A stretch of DNA of 64,000 bases from an uncultured Desulfatitalea sp. (GTDB taxonomy: Bacteria; Desulfobacterota; Desulfobacteria; Desulfobacterales; Desulfosarcinaceae). Below the pieces are notes generated by a model that was given only the letters and a program-made list of their open reading frames with translations, did no database searches and had not been told where the DNA came from. Shown piece after piece: positions 19,921 to 32,637 of this stretch. Where the stretch lies: assembly GCA_963668675.2 (NCBI GenBank), contig CAXXMB010000002.1, positions 800,001-864,000 on the forward strand, read 5' to 3'. A program made the position numbers and the translations under genes. Numbering within the stretch: the stretch's first letter is position 1; each line of letters opens with the position of its first letter.

Positions 19921-21495
19921 ATGCTGATAACTGAAATTCTGGCACGCAATGCCCGTATGTATGCAAATGAGACGGCTCTGATCGAACGCGACCCGGCCAA
20001 TAACAAACGCAGCAGCATCACTTGGCAGACGTTCGATGCCCAGGCCAACCAATGGGCACGGTCGTTGATCGCCGACAAGATTGCACCAGGGGATCGTGTC
20101 GTCCATTTAATGACCAACTGCATCGAATGGCTGCCGATCTATTTCGGTATCCTGCGCAGCGGCGCCATTGCCGTGCCGCTCAATTTTCGGTTCGTCGCCG
20201 CCACCATCGAACGCTGCGTTACGCTGGCCGAAGCCAAAATAGTCATCTTCGGACCCGAATTCATCGAGCGTATTAACGACATCAAACAGCGCCTGGACCG
20301 ATGTGTACGCAGCTATGTCTTCGTCGGACCCAAAGCGCATTGCCCGGAGTATGCCATCGGCCATGAGGAGTTCATCGATGCACAGTCAGGCCAATTCGCA
20401 GAGGTGCCCATAGAGATCACCGACAAGGCGGCGCTCTATTTTACCTCCGGCACTACCGGCACCCCGAAAGGCGCCCTGCTGACCCATCGCAACCTGGAGT
20501 CGGCCTGCATCATTGAAAACCACCATCACCACCAGACCCATGCGGACAACTTCCTCTGCCTGCCGCCGCTTTACCATACCGGGGCAAAAATGCACTGGTT
20601 CGGCAACTTCATCGTCGGTGCCCGATCGGTCATCTTGAAAGGCATCGAACCACGCTGGATTCTGGAGGCCATCTCAGAAGAACAGGTGACCGTTGTCTGG
20701 CTCCTGGTGCCATGGGCCATGGACATCCTCTTCGCCATCGAAAGCGGCGACCTGAAGTTGCGCGACTACGCTATCGACCAGTGGCGGCTCATGCACATCG
20801 GCGCCCAGCCCGTGCCGCCCAGCCTGATCAAGGAGTGGCACAAGATCTTTCCCAATCATCAATACGACACCAACTACGGACTTACCGAAGCAACCGGACC
20901 GGGCTGCGTTCACCTGGGAGTTGAGAACATGCACAAAGTGGGCGCCATCGGCCTGCCCGGCTTCGATTGGGAGTTTCGCATCGTGGACGACCACTTTAAA
21001 CCGGTGGGGCCGGATGAACCGGGGGAGCTGATCGTCAAAGGACCGGGTGTAATGACCGAATACTACCGCAATCCCGAAGCGACCGAAGAGACGATCAAAT
21101 CAGGCTGGCTGCTGACCGGGGACATCGCCCGGTTGGATGAGGATGGCTTCATCTGGCTCGTTGATCGCAAGAAAGATGTGATCATCACCGGCGGTGAAAA
21201 TGTCTTCCCCGTAGAGATTGAGGACTTCCTCCAGGCCCACCCCAAAATCCAGGACGTGGCCGTGATCGGCCTGCCCAGCATGCGGCTGGGAGAGATCGCA
21301 ACCGCCATCGTCAAAGTCAAACCGGGCCAGGAGCTGACCAAAGAGGAGCTCCGCGTCTTCTGCGAGAAACTGCCGCGCTACAAACGCCCACGAAAAATCA
21401 TCTTTGACGACGTGCCCAGAAATCCCACCGGCAAAATCGAAAAACCCAAGCTGCGCGAAAAATTCGGCGGCGCCAAGGAGAGCTTTCAGATATAG
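19921..21495 (+). CDS. Class I adenylate-forming enzyme (acyl-CoA synthetase)
   Basis: YFTSGTTGTPKG, NYGLTEA, TGDIA, DRKKDVIITGGENV, PRNPTGKI; RBS GAGG before ATG 19921. Confidence 0.92.
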   Translation: MLITEILARNARMYANETALIERDPANNKRSSITWQTFDAQANQWARSLIADKIAPGDRVVHLMTNCIEWLPIYFGILRSGAIAVPLNFRFVAATIERCVTLAEAKIVIFGPEFIERINDIKQRLDRCVRSYVFVGPKAHCPEYAIGHEEFIDAQSGQFAEVPIEITDKAALYFTSGTTGTPKGALLTHRNLESACIIENHHHHQTHADNFLCLPPLYHTGAKMHWFGNFIVGARSVILKGIEPRWILEAISEEQVTVVWLLVPWAMDILFAIESGDLKLRDYAIDQWRLMHIGAQPVPPSLIKEWHKIFPNHQYDTNYGLTEATGPGCVHLGVENMHKVGAIGLPGFDWEFRIVDDHFKPVGPDEPGELIVKGPGVMTEYYRNPEATEETIKSGWLLTGDIARLDEDGFIWLVDRKKDVIITGGENVFPVEIEDFLQAHPKIQDVAVIGLPSMRLGEIATAIVKVKPGQELTKEELRVFCEKLPRYKRPRKIIFDDVPRNPTGKIEKPKLREKFGGAKESFQI

Positions 21496-21801
21496 CCATG
21501 CCGGTCTAACACCCCCCGGTTTCAGAAGAAGGCGCCCAATCGCCGGCCCGTTCTACACTCGTTCAGCCTCCTCAGCAGACGGCTGCGCTTAAACTGACAA
21601 TTAAGGCTTGTCGTTTCGCGATCGTCGGCCTAATATAGATTTTGTCACAAGGCAAAAATGCCGGTCCACGACAAACTCGCACCATAACCCTCTATGAACA
21701 GATTAAAAACGGGAAGGCGCAGTTACCCTGCATTCGCCGTTCTGTTTTGATTTGGCAAAGCTGCAATGCATGGACATAACCCAAACGTCAGAGGAGGGAA
21801 A

Positions 21802-23526
21802 ATGACTGCAATGGCAAAAGCGCTTTGGAGGCGCGCACCGATTATCGTACTGGTCGCCATGGTTTCGGTTGGCCTGGGATTTGGCAACAGTCTGGCATCT
21901 CATCATAAACATAAACGGCAATTTCCAACCGTGGTGCAGACCAAATATGGCAAGGTGAAGGGCTACCACAATACAGATCAGACCGTCGCCTGGACAGGCA
22001 TTCCTTTTGCCAAGCCGCCTGTGGGCGACCTGCGTTGGAAAGCGCCCCGGAATCCTGAGCGATGGCGCGGGGTGCTGGATGCGACCCAGCCATGTGTCCC
22101 CTGCACCCAGTTGCTCACCACAGAGAAATGGATAAGAACGGGTGAAGCCGAGGGCAGCGAAGACTGCCTCTACCTGAGCATCTACCGCCCCAGTCATAAC
22201 AAGCGTTTTTTGCCCGTCTATGTTTACATCCATGGCGGGTCGAACAATTTCGGCACGGCCAATGACTACGACGGATCCAACATCGCCGCCAAAGGCGACA
22301 TGGTGGTCGTCGTGGTCCAATACCGGCTGGGGCCACTGGGCTGGTTTACCCATCCGGCCCTGCGGGAAGGTCGTTCGTCTCTGGATGACTCCGGCAATTT
22401 CGGAACGCTGGACAACATCAAGGCCCTCCAGTGGATTCGGAAAAACATCAGGGCGTTTGGCGGGAACCCACACAATGTGACCATTACCGGCGAGTCGGCC
22501 GGTGCCCACAATGTGATGAACCTGGTCATCTCCCCATTGGCCAAGGGTCTTTTTCACCGGGCCATGTCTGAAAGCGGGGGCATGACCACCGATACGGTTG
22601 CGGAAGGTGAGGAACAGGCCGAAGATCACATTGATGCGCTTCTATCCACCTGCATAGAGAACGACGAAGCAATCGAAGAGTGCTTAAGAAATATTCCCGC
22701 AGGCGAACTGTTTGAAGCTTACTTCGCTATGTTTGGAACGCTGCCGACCTACGACGCCTATCAAGATGGGGTTGTCATTCCGGGCAGCGTGGTTTCCACG
22801 ATCCGCTCCGGCAAATACAACAAGGTCCCCATCATCCTGGGCGCCAATCAATATGAAACCAAGTCGTTCATGCCCCTATACGGCCCTTCATTATATCTCC
22901 CATGGTTTGATTTGATCGGAGTGCTGGACGATAATGGCAAAACGGTGGACGATGTGCTGCCCACGGATTTTGACAAAGAGCTGTATGAAATCAGCGGCTA
23001 CTATGGCAGCCGAAATTGGAGGGGTAAGTTCGTGGACGAACGGGCACGGGCATTGAAAGAGCAACAAAACAGGGTCTATGCCTACCAGTTCAATTGGGGC
23101 GGCCCGGGCTCGGGGCCTTCACCATTTGATTTCATTTACGGAGCGGGTCACGCCATGGAGATCGCCTTTTTCTTTGGTGGTGACGAAAGCCTCTGGGGGT
23201 ATGGCTACAATCCGGACAACGACACCCCCGGTCGGGTGGCGCTGTCGGATGCCATGATGAGATACCTGGCAAACTTTGCCAAAAGAGGAAACCCCAATGG
23301 AGCCGGACTGCCTGTATGGCGAAAATGGTCCAATCGGGACGGCGGGCCGAAAGTCATTCTTTTCGATTCGGACTACGACGAGGCCCTGTTGGATATGAGC
23401 ACGGAGGAGGTGTCCATTTTAGAAGAGCAGTCGAAATTGGCTGCTGAAATCGGCACATGGGATTCGATTGCGCAAGAGACTTACGGATGGGTACCGTGGG
23501 CGTTTCAGTGGTCAACTCCAGAATAA
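21802..23526 (+). CDS. Secreted type-B carboxylesterase/lipase
   Basis: Signal peptide, GIPFAKPPVGDLRW, SEDCLYL, HGGS oxyanion hole, GESAG nucleophile, AGHAME; RBS GGAGG. Confidence 0.9.
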   Translation: MTAMAKALWRRAPIIVLVAMVSVGLGFGNSLASHHKHKRQFPTVVQTKYGKVKGYHNTDQTVAWTGIPFAKPPVGDLRWKAPRNPERWRGVLDATQPCVPCTQLLTTEKWIRTGEAEGSEDCLYLSIYRPSHNKRFLPVYVYIHGGSNNFGTANDYDGSNIAAKGDMVVVVVQYRLGPLGWFTHPALREGRSSLDDSGNFGTLDNIKALQWIRKNIRAFGGNPHNVTITGESAGAHNVMNLVISPLAKGLFHRAMSESGGMTTDTVAEGEEQAEDHIDALLSTCIENDEAIEECLRNIPAGELFEAYFAMFGTLPTYDAYQDGVVIPGSVVSTIRSGKYNKVPIILGANQYETKSFMPLYGPSLYLPWFDLIGVLDDNGKTVDDVLPTDFDKELYEISGYYGSRNWRGKFVDERARALKEQQNRVYAYQFNWGGPGSGPSPFDFIYGAGHAMEIAFFFGGDESLWGYGYNPDNDTPGRVALSDAMMRYLANFAKRGNPNGAGLPVWRKWSNRDGGPKVILFDSDYDEALLDMSTEEVSILEEQSKLAAEIGTWDSIAQETYGWVPWAFQWSTPE

Positions 23527-23602
23527 ACTCATTTTAATAGAATCGCTCCTATAGCCACCCGCTAAGTAGCATTCAAAACATACTTTAGCTTAGGCCAAAA
23601 AA

Positions 23603-23640
23603 AATAACCCGCCACACGAATAACAATGTGGCGGGTTATT
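23603..23640 (-). terminator. Rho-independent terminator after dnaK (probably bidirectional)
   Basis: 14-bp IR AATAACCCGCCACA / TGTGGCGGGTTATT with adjacent poly-A (U-tract on minus strand). Confidence 0.85.
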
Positions 23641-23663
23641 TATTTGGGTATCAAAAGTACAAT

Positions 23664-25598
23664 CTATTTCTTTTCGTCTTTCACTTCCTCAAAATCGGCA
23701 TCCACCACATCGTCGTCCTGAGTCTGGGAGCCGCCGCCCTCACCGGCCTGCTGGCCGGCCCCGGCGTCTCCCGCAGCCTGATCGTTCTGGGCCGACTGCT
23801 GTTTATAGATCGCCTCGGCCAACTTGTGGGAGGACTGGGTCAGCGATTCGCTAAGGCGTTTGATCTCCTCGGTATCCTCGCCTTCCATGGCCTTGCGAAG
23901 ATCGGTGATAGCGGCCTCCACCTTGGCTTTCGTATCGGCATCGACCTTCTCACCCAGGTCCTTGATCGACTTCTCCGAAGAGTAGATCAAGCTGTCGGCA
24001 TGGTTGCGGGCCTCCACCAGCTCTTTCTTCTTCTTGTCATCTTCGGAATGCAGCTCGGCGTCCTTGACCGCCTGGTCGATCTCCTCCTTGCTCATACCGC
24101 TGGAGGCGGTGATGCTGATCGACTGCTCCTTGTTGGTGGCCATATCCTTGGCCGACACCTTGACGATGCCGTTGGCATCGATGTCGAACGTCACTTCGAT
24201 CTGCGGGACCCCTCTCGGTGCCGGCGGTATCCCCACGAGCTCAAAGCGCCCCAGGGTTTTATTGTTGCCGGCCATTTCACGCTCTCCCTGAAGCACGTGG
24301 ATCGATACGGCCGGCTGGTTGTCGGCCGCCGTCGAAAAAGTCTGGCTCTTACGCGTGGGGATGGTGGTGTTCTTTTCAATCAGACGGGTCATGACCCCGC
24401 CAAGCGTTTCGATGCCCAAAGAGAGCGGCGTTACATCGAGCAGCAGCACATCCTTGACGTCGCCCTTGAGAACGCCGCCCTGAATGGCCGCACCCAGTGC
24501 CACCACTTCATCGGGATTAACGCTTCGGTTCGGCTCCTTGCCAAAAATCTTCTTCACACGCTCCTGCACAGCCGGCATACGCGTCATGCCGCCGACCAGA
24601 ATCACTTCGTTGATTTCAGAAGGCTTCAAACCGGATTCTTTCATGGCCGTAACACAGGGCCTCTCCAGATTATCGAGCAGGTCAGCAACCAGAGACTCGA
24701 GTTTTGCACGGCTGATCTTCATGTTGAGATGCTTGGGACCGCTGGCATCGGCCGTAACAAACGGCAGGTTCACATCCGTCTCCATGGAGGTCGACAGCTC
24801 CATTTTCGCCTTCTCGGCAGCCTCTTTCAGCCGTTGCAGCGCCATCTTGTCCTGGCGCAGATCGATGCCCTGCTCTTTTTTGAATTCGGTGGCCAGATAA
24901 TCGATCAGACGCAGATCGAAATCTTCGCCGCCCAGATGGGTATCACCGTTGGTGGCCTTCACCTCGAAGACGCCTTCGCCGATCTCCAGTACGGAAACAT
25001 CGAAGGTGCCACCCCCCAGATCGAACACGACGATCTTCTCTTCACGCCGCTTATCCAAGCCGTAAGCCAACGAAGCCGCCGTCGGCTCGTTGATAATGCG
25101 CATCACATTCAACCCGGCGATCTTGCCTGCGTCTTTGGTCGCCTGACGCTGGCTGTCGTTGAAGTACGCCGGTACGGTGATCACCGCATCGTTGACCGTT
25201 TCCCCCAAGTAGTCTTCCGCGTATTTTTTGATGTACGAAAGAATAAAAGAAGAGATTTCTGCGGGGCTGTAAAGCTTGCCGCGCAGTTCAATGCGTACGT
25301 CGCCATTTTCAGCCTTCTTGATCAGGTATGGCAGATTCGAAATGTCTTTTTGCACTTCTGCAGAGTCAAACTTGCGGCCGATAAGCCGTTTGACACCGAA
25401 AACCGTGTTTTCCGGATTGGTGATGGCCTGACGCTTGGCAATCTGTCCTACCAATCGCTCGCCGCCTTCCGAAATCGCCACGATGGAGGGTGTGGTCCGC
25501 CCACCATCCGGATTGGTAATTACCTTACTGTCGCTGCCCTCCATAATCGCCACACAAGAGTTGGTCGTTCCCAAATCAATTCCAATTATCTTGCCCAT
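23664..25598 (-). CDS. dnaK: Molecular chaperone DnaK
   Basis: [41 protein letters not shown]. Confidence 0.99.
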   Translation of the reverse strand: MGKIIGIDLGTTNSCVAIMEGSDSKVITNPDGGRTTPSIVAISEGGERLVGQIAKRQAITNPENTVFGVKRLIGRKFDSAEVQKDISNLPYLIKKAENGDVRIELRGKLYSPAEISSFILSYIKKYAEDYLGETVNDAVITVPAYFNDSQRQATKDAGKIAGLNVMRIINEPTAASLAYGLDKRREEKIVVFDLGGGTFDVSVLEIGEGVFEVKATNGDTHLGGEDFDLRLIDYLATEFKKEQGIDLRQDKMALQRLKEAAEKAKMELSTSMETDVNLPFVTADASGPKHLNMKISRAKLESLVADLLDNLERPCVTAMKESGLKPSEINEVILVGGMTRMPAVQERVKKIFGKEPNRSVNPDEVVALGAAIQGGVLKGDVKDVLLLDVTPLSLGIETLGGVMTRLIEKNTTIPTRKSQTFSTAADNQPAVSIHVLQGEREMAGNNKTLGRFELVGIPPAPRGVPQIEVTFDIDANGIVKVSAKDMATNKEQSISITASSGMSKEEIDQAVKDAELHSEDDKKKKELVEARNHADSLIYSSEKSIKDLGEKVDADTKAKVEAAITDLRKAMEGEDTEEIKRLSESLTQSSHKLAEAIYKQQSAQNDQAAGDAGAGQQAGEGGGSQTQDDDVVDADFEEVKDEKK

Positions 25599-25652
25599 TT
25601 AATCTCCTCCTTGAATATTCCATGTATGGACATTCTATTTCGTATTCTGATT

Positions 25653-26291
25653 TTAATCTTCATTCTGCTTTACAGCGTTACCGGCTTTCGACACGGCGAC
25701 CAGTGCGGGTCTTAAAAGGCGATCATGAATCAGATAACCTTTTTGAAGCTCTTTCACGACGGTATTGGGAGGCTGGTCTTCAACCTCCTCCTGCATCATT
25801 GCCTGGTGGTAGCTGGGATCGAAAGGTTCACCCAAAGAGGTGACTGGTTTCACCTGGTGTCTCTTCAAAATCTTGATGGTTTCGTTCAGCGTCAAATGCA
25901 TGCCTTGAATCAGCGGATCACTCTCGTCGTAGCGACCGGAGGCCGAATCGATGGCACGCTCCAGATTGTCCACCACCGTCAGCAGCTCTTTGATCAGCTT
26001 CTCGTTGGCGTACTTGACAAGCTCCTGCATCTCACGGGCGGTTCTCTTCTTATAGTTATCAAAATCGGCGGACACACGAAGAAATTTGTCGTAGCTCTCA
26101 TTGGCCTTCTGCTCGGCCTGTTCCAATTGCTCAGCAAGCGGGGTATCTGCGAGAGCATCCTCGTGTGTTGATTCTGATTGGAGTGTCTCCTGCTCCCCTT
26201 CCGGATTTGCCGATTCCGGGTTAACCGAATCTTCTTTCACCTCTGCCTGTTCCACGTCGCTTTCGTCCTGGATGTGAATTCTTTTGGTCAT
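25653..26291 (-). CDS. grpE: Nucleotide exchange factor GrpE
   Basis: ADFDNYKKR, DNLERA, FDPSYHQA, GYLIHDRLLRPA. Confidence 0.97.
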   Translation of the reverse strand: MTKRIHIQDESDVEQAEVKEDSVNPESANPEGEQETLQSESTHEDALADTPLAEQLEQAEQKANESYDKFLRVSADFDNYKKRTAREMQELVKYANEKLIKELLTVVDNLERAIDSASGRYDESDPLIQGMHLTLNETIKILKRHQVKPVTSLGEPFDPSYHQAMMQEEVEDQPPNTVVKELQKGYLIHDRLLRPALVAVSKAGNAVKQNED

Positions 26292-26471
26292 GCCTCCCTA
26301 AACTCCTTGATCATCATTTACCGATCCACAAAAACACTCTATTCATTTGAAAATGTTTATAATTTTGTATGGCTGGAAAAAGTGATAAAAAAATAAGACG
26401 GCTTGTGGGGATGTCAAGGTACCGGAAGGTATCCTCGGGCAAATCGAAATGATAAATCCAACTAATAGTTT

Positions 26472-26718
26472 GGTTGTGCACCCTCCTTTGAATTCGCCAG
26501 CACGTGTCGTCTTGCAAAGTGACCGGGATCGAACCGCGACACAGACCGCATCACTTATCGCTGCTTCCTTCCGGACCTGACGAGGTTCGCGACCGTCTGT
26601 TGCGCGGCGACCGGCCTGCGAGCCAACACGCTTTGAACATAACCCTAGGGAGGGAATTCAGCCCCGCATAAGCGGATTTCGGGTCGAGGGCACCGCTAAC
26701 TCCCCGCCTAGCACAACC
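26472..26718 (-). ncRNA. ffs: Signal recognition particle RNA, large (Alu-domain) bacterial type
   Basis: Helix-8 motif TCAGGTCCGGAAGGAAGCAGC; terminal helix GGTTGTGC...GCACAACC; Alu-like 5' part GGGGAGTTAGCGGTGCCC...AATCCGC; 247 nt. Confidence 0.93.
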
Positions 26719-26727
26719 AGGGCGCAG

Positions 26728-26756
26728 AGTATAGATAGGAGACTCTGCTTTTTCAA
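26728..26756 (-). promoter_or_regulatory. Sigma70 promoter of ffs
   Basis: TTGAAA-17 nt-TATACT ending 9 nt before the SRP RNA 5' helix. Confidence 0.75.
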
Positions 26757-26945
26757 GGATTAATCAACACCCAGGCAAAAAGAGAGGTGTAAATCCTACG
26801 GAAGAGCGGGGCTTATATTGACAATTGGCTGCAGCTACTTTAGAACCCAGGCCAGACGCAGAAACAAATTGGCGTGCGGATCCCGTCAAAATCTGTACAA
26901 CCGCCCGATAAAAAGACGCCAACCATATCGATGCACAGCATGCCC

Positions 26946-28451
26946 ATGCCTCCTGATAAAAAAATGCCGGCACACCCATCTGTAGAAAGAGCCGCACTGC
27001 CACTGGTTGTGAAAATCAGGCAATGCATTGACCATCATGGCATGCTTTCAAACGGAGACCGCGTGCTGGCAGGTGTGTCCGGCGGCCCCGACTCGGTCAC
27101 CCTGATTCACGTTCTGGCCGAACTGGCCGAACCCCTCGGTATCGAACTGGGGATTGCCCATTTCGACCACGGCCTGCGGCCCGAAAGCGCCCCCCGGGAG
27201 GCCGAATGGGTCAAACAGCTTGCCGTTAAACTCGGCGTGCCATTCTACCTGGGAAGCCTGACGAAAAGCTGCAACCGCGGTTCACTCGAAGCGTGGCTTC
27301 GGCAGCAGCGCTATCAATTCCTCGAACGCACTGCCAAGCGCGAGGGTTTTTCAAAAATCGCCGTGGGCCATCAGGCCAATGACAACGCAGAGGCAGTTCT
27401 CATGCATCTTTTGAGGGGAAGCGGCGTAAGGGGAATCTCCGGGATTCCCCCGGTAAGGGGTAATCTGATCATCAGGCCCCTAATCGGAGTGTACCGAACT
27501 GAAATAGTCGATCATCTCAAAGGGCTTGGCACTGCCTGGCTGAACGATCCGTCCAATGAAGATGTGACGTTTGAGCGCAACCGGATCAGACATCGATTGA
27601 TCCCCATGCTTGAGCGTGAGTACAACGCCAACCTGGTCCAAATCCTCAACCGGACAGCCGACCTCTGCTTCGAGGAGGACCGCTGGATCGACAAACAGCT
27701 GTCGCCGACGCTCGAGGCGTCCATCCTCTCGATCGATGCGAAAAAAATGGAGCTGGCAATTGAACTTCTGGCAGAAATCGAACGGCCGGCCCAGCGTCGA
27801 ATCCTTCGAAGTGCGTTACGAAAATGGCAGGGCCACCTTCAACGGCTGACCGCTGCACATGTCGAGCAGATCATTGCGTTGATATCAAAGGGCAGTGTTG
27901 CCCGCGAACGCCACCTGCCGGCCCGCATCAGTGTAAAACGCACGGCCAACAGCTTGATTTTTTCCCACAAGACGGGCAACGCCCGCGGCCGGGCGCCGAT
28001 GGTACCATCACCGGACAAATCTGATTATTGCTATATAATAGGAACGCCAACAGACCTTCCCAAAAGGCTCACCATCCGAGAGGCCAGCCTCCGGCTCACA
28101 TTTACAATGGTGGCGGATGGTGCGCCAGAGAAGGTTCGGTCCGCCGACCGGAACCAGGCGTTTTTTGACCTGGCGCGGCTCGAGTTCCCTCTGACCGTTC
28201 GAAATCCCGAACCGGGGGATCGGATAGCACCATTTGGCATGCAGGGTACCCAGAAGCTTAAAAAGCTGTTTATCGACCGGAAAATCCCCAAAGCCGTGCG
28301 ATGGCAAATGCCTGTTCTGGCATGCGGCAAGACGATTCTCTGGGCGGTGGGGGTTCGCAGAGGCAGGCAGGCCGCAATCGACGGACGCACGGAGCAGATG
28401 ATGCATATCGTGGCCGAACCGCTGAGCAGCCGGCCCGGATCGGTATCGTAA
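26946..28451 (+). CDS. tilS: tRNA(Ile)-lysidine synthetase
   Basis: GVSGGPDS PP-loop, HFDHGLR, GHQANDNAE, IIRPL, DPSN, RNRIR, C-terminal KLKKLFID; start uncertain (26874-26964). Confidence 0.95.
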   Translation: MPPDKKMPAHPSVERAALPLVVKIRQCIDHHGMLSNGDRVLAGVSGGPDSVTLIHVLAELAEPLGIELGIAHFDHGLRPESAPREAEWVKQLAVKLGVPFYLGSLTKSCNRGSLEAWLRQQRYQFLERTAKREGFSKIAVGHQANDNAEAVLMHLLRGSGVRGISGIPPVRGNLIIRPLIGVYRTEIVDHLKGLGTAWLNDPSNEDVTFERNRIRHRLIPMLEREYNANLVQILNRTADLCFEEDRWIDKQLSPTLEASILSIDAKKMELAIELLAEIERPAQRRILRSALRKWQGHLQRLTAAHVEQIIALISKGSVARERHLPARISVKRTANSLIFSHKTGNARGRAPMVPSPDKSDYCYIIGTPTDLPKRLTIREASLRLTFTMVADGAPEKVRSADRNQAFFDLARLEFPLTVRNPEPGDRIAPFGMQGTQKLKKLFIDRKIPKAVRWQMPVLACGKTILWAVGVRRGRQAAIDGRTEQMMHIVAEPLSSRPGSVS

Positions 28452-28563
28452 CGCAAGAGTGCATAGCCTGAAAACAGATGGATAATAGTTGCGAAATGCC
28501 CGAAAGGGCATTATGGTAGTCATCTCCGGCAACTGACCGAATTAACACTTTAGGAGGTATTTT

Positions 28564-30429
<1,866 letters not shown>

Positions 30430-30484
30430 TCCGCGATCATCGGGATTTGTGAAATCCCCGAAGGGATGACCGCCGAGAGATACT

Positions 30485-31357
30485 ATGAAGAGCTATGCAC
30501 TGCATTGGAACGGGTTCCAACTTGATCTTGGCCGCCGCACGGCAATCATGGGCATCGTCAATGTCACGCCCGACTCCTTTTCAGACGGTGGTCAGTTCTA
30601 CTCGACCGATGCGGCTGTAGCAAGGGCCGAGCGGCTGGTCAATGCCGGTGCCGACATCATCGACATCGGTGGGGAATCCACTCGACCCTATGCGGCGGAA
30701 GTGCCCGAACAGGCGGAGATGGATCGGGTAGTGCCGGTCATCGAACGCCTGGCCCAACGCATCGAAGTCCCCATCTCCATAGATACGACCAAGGCGACCG
30801 TCGCAGATGCAGCCCTGTCCGCAGGCGCATCCATGATCAACGACATCAGCGCCTTGCAGATGGACGATCAAATCGCCGCAGTGGCGGTCAAACACAGAGT
30901 GCCAGTCATTCTGATGCACATGAAGGGGTCTCCCCGCACCATGCAGATCGACCCGGTTTATGACGATCTGATCTCCGAAGTACGAAATTTCCTTAAGGAT
31001 GCAATCGACCGCGCCAAAAAAGCCGGCATCGCCGAGGATAAAATCATCATCGATCCGGGCATCGGCTTCGGCAAGACCATATCGCACAACCTGCAACTGA
31101 TTGAACGGCTATCGGCCCTTGAGTCTCTGAAGGTCCCCATCTTGATCGGGTCGTCCCGAAAAGCCTTTATCCGGAAAATACTGTCCGAAAACAGACCCCA
31201 TGAACTCTCGGCAGACCAACCCGAAGTGGAAACCGGCACCCAGGCCACCATCGCCATGGCCGTCAACAACGGCGCCCATATTGTCCGCGTCCACAATGTG
31301 GCCAACACCAAAGCCATGGTGACCATGCTGGATGCGATCCGCAACGCCTGGGAATAG
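30485..31357 (+). CDS. folP: Dihydropteroate synthase
   Basis: MGIVNVTPDSFSDGG, DIGGESTRP, IDPGIGFGK, SRK, RVHNV. Confidence 0.97.
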   Translation: MKSYALHWNGFQLDLGRRTAIMGIVNVTPDSFSDGGQFYSTDAAVARAERLVNAGADIIDIGGESTRPYAAEVPEQAEMDRVVPVIERLAQRIEVPISIDTTKATVADAALSAGASMINDISALQMDDQIAAVAVKHRVPVILMHMKGSPRTMQIDPVYDDLISEVRNFLKDAIDRAKKAGIAEDKIIIDPGIGFGKTISHNLQLIERLSALESLKVPILIGSSRKAFIRKILSENRPHELSADQPEVETGTQATIAMAVNNGAHIVRVHNVANTKAMVTMLDAIRNAWE

Positions 31358-31375
31358 GGAAAGGGGACTCGCGCA

Positions 31376-32143
31376 ATGCTTCTGGTCATCGATGTCGGCA
31401 ACACCAACACCGTAATTGGTGTCTTTGATGGTGATGAGCTGATCCAAAACTGGCGCATCCGCACCGAAAGGAACACTACCGAAGACGAATTCAGCGTCCT
31501 GGCAGCCAATCTCTTTGGTCGCAGTTGCATCGATATCACCAAAATCGAAAAAACCGTGGTCTCCTGCGTCGTTCCCCCGATGGTGACGATCCTGGACGCC
31601 TTCGCACGCAAATATCTCAAGCATGCCGCCCATTGGATCGACGCCAAATCCTATCCCGGCATGCCTATTCTCTACAGCAATCCCAACGAAGTGGGTGCCG
31701 ACCGCATCGTAAACGCCGTCGCCGCCTATGACCGGCACCGCACCAGTCTCATCGTGATCGATTTCGGCACCGCCACCACCTTCGACGTCATCACCGAAAA
31801 GGGAGAGTATCTCGGTGGCGCCATCAGCCCCGGCATCGGCATCTCATCCGAAGCGCTCTTTGCCAAAGCCTCCAAACTTCCCCGAGTGGAAATCTTCAGG
31901 CGCCCAACCCGCGTGATCGGCACCGACACCATCACCAGCATCCAATCCGGCATCATCTATGGCTATGCGGCCATGGTGGACGGAATGGTCAACCGCATCT
32001 CCGCCGAAATGAAGACACCCCCGAAAGTCATCGCCACAGGCGGCCTGGCCCCCCTGATGCAGAATGTGGCCAACACCATCGAAGCAGTAGAACCCGACCT
32101 GACCCTGATCGGCCTGAAAATTATCGCCGATTATCTGGAGTAA
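31376..32143 (+). CDS. coaX: Type III pantothenate kinase
   Basis: IDVGNTNT, VGADR, IDFGTATTFD, GGAISPG, ATGG. Confidence 0.96.
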   Translation: MLLVIDVGNTNTVIGVFDGDELIQNWRIRTERNTTEDEFSVLAANLFGRSCIDITKIEKTVVSCVVPPMVTILDAFARKYLKHAAHWIDAKSYPGMPILYSNPNEVGADRIVNAVAAYDRHRTSLIVIDFGTATTFDVITEKGEYLGGAISPGIGISSEALFAKASKLPRVEIFRRPTRVIGTDTITSIQSGIIYGYAAMVDGMVNRISAEMKTPPKVIATGGLAPLMQNVANTIEAVEPDLTLIGLKIIADYLE

Positions 32144-32218
32144 TAGCAATTTTTAGAACCTGCTATTGCTTTTGTCCTTACGCCGTTCTGTTGGGTAAAA
32201 TTCAAGTGTTAAACAGTC

Positions 32219-32348
32219 TGATGTGTTCGTAAAAAAGGTACAAAAGTGATTTTTCGTCATTACGGATAAAGCCGAAGTCCTGTTTTTCAACGGTTTCTGG
32301 ATGCCCGAGTCCGGCATGACGGGGGAACGGCTTTCTGCGAGGCCGTCA
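32219..32348. mobile_element. MITE-like element, second, more degenerate copy, inverted relative to 8324-8506
   Basis: Reverse complement of inner part GTCATGCCGGACTCGGGCATCCAGAAACCGTTGAAAAAC matches GTCATGCCGGACT...GGGCATCCAGAAACCATTGAAAAAAC in copy 1; ends TGATGTGTTCGTAAAAAAG / CTTTCTGCGAGGCCGTCA. Confidence 0.6.
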
Positions 32349-32372
32349 AGTTGACTACCCAGCCAATGGAGG

Positions 32373-32557
32373 TGTTTCTGCCAGGGAGTATACCATCCCA
32401 TGCTTTCAGTGTATGTTTTTACTGCTGCTTAAATGTAGCGGAGGAAAAGCGGTCAGCACTGTTTGAGCGAAGCGAGTTTGCGGACCGCCCGGAGCGAATT
32501 TCGCAGCAGTTAAACCATTAAGCGTCGCATGGGAGGGTATACTCCCTGGCAGAAACA
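32373..32557. repeat. 185-bp long hairpin element, copy 2
   Basis: 31-bp IR with one mismatch (32373-32403 / 32527-32557); core TGTTTGAGCGAAGCGAGTTT. Confidence 0.85.
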
Positions 32558-32637
32558 GCGGTGCCCACATAAACAAGGCTTCACCATCTACATAAGAGGG
32601 ATAGTATTCAAAAAACACGAAGAATTGAACATAAGGA

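Noticed and set aside
23628..25715. 695-aa ORF antisense to dnaK
   Set aside because: Well-known shadow ORF produced by codon bias opposite dnaK; no independent motifs.
26901..26968. Short duplication (PPDKKTP / PPDKKMP) at the tilS 5' end
   Set aside because: Two degenerate ~20-bp copies, no array or evident function; only makes the start ambiguous.
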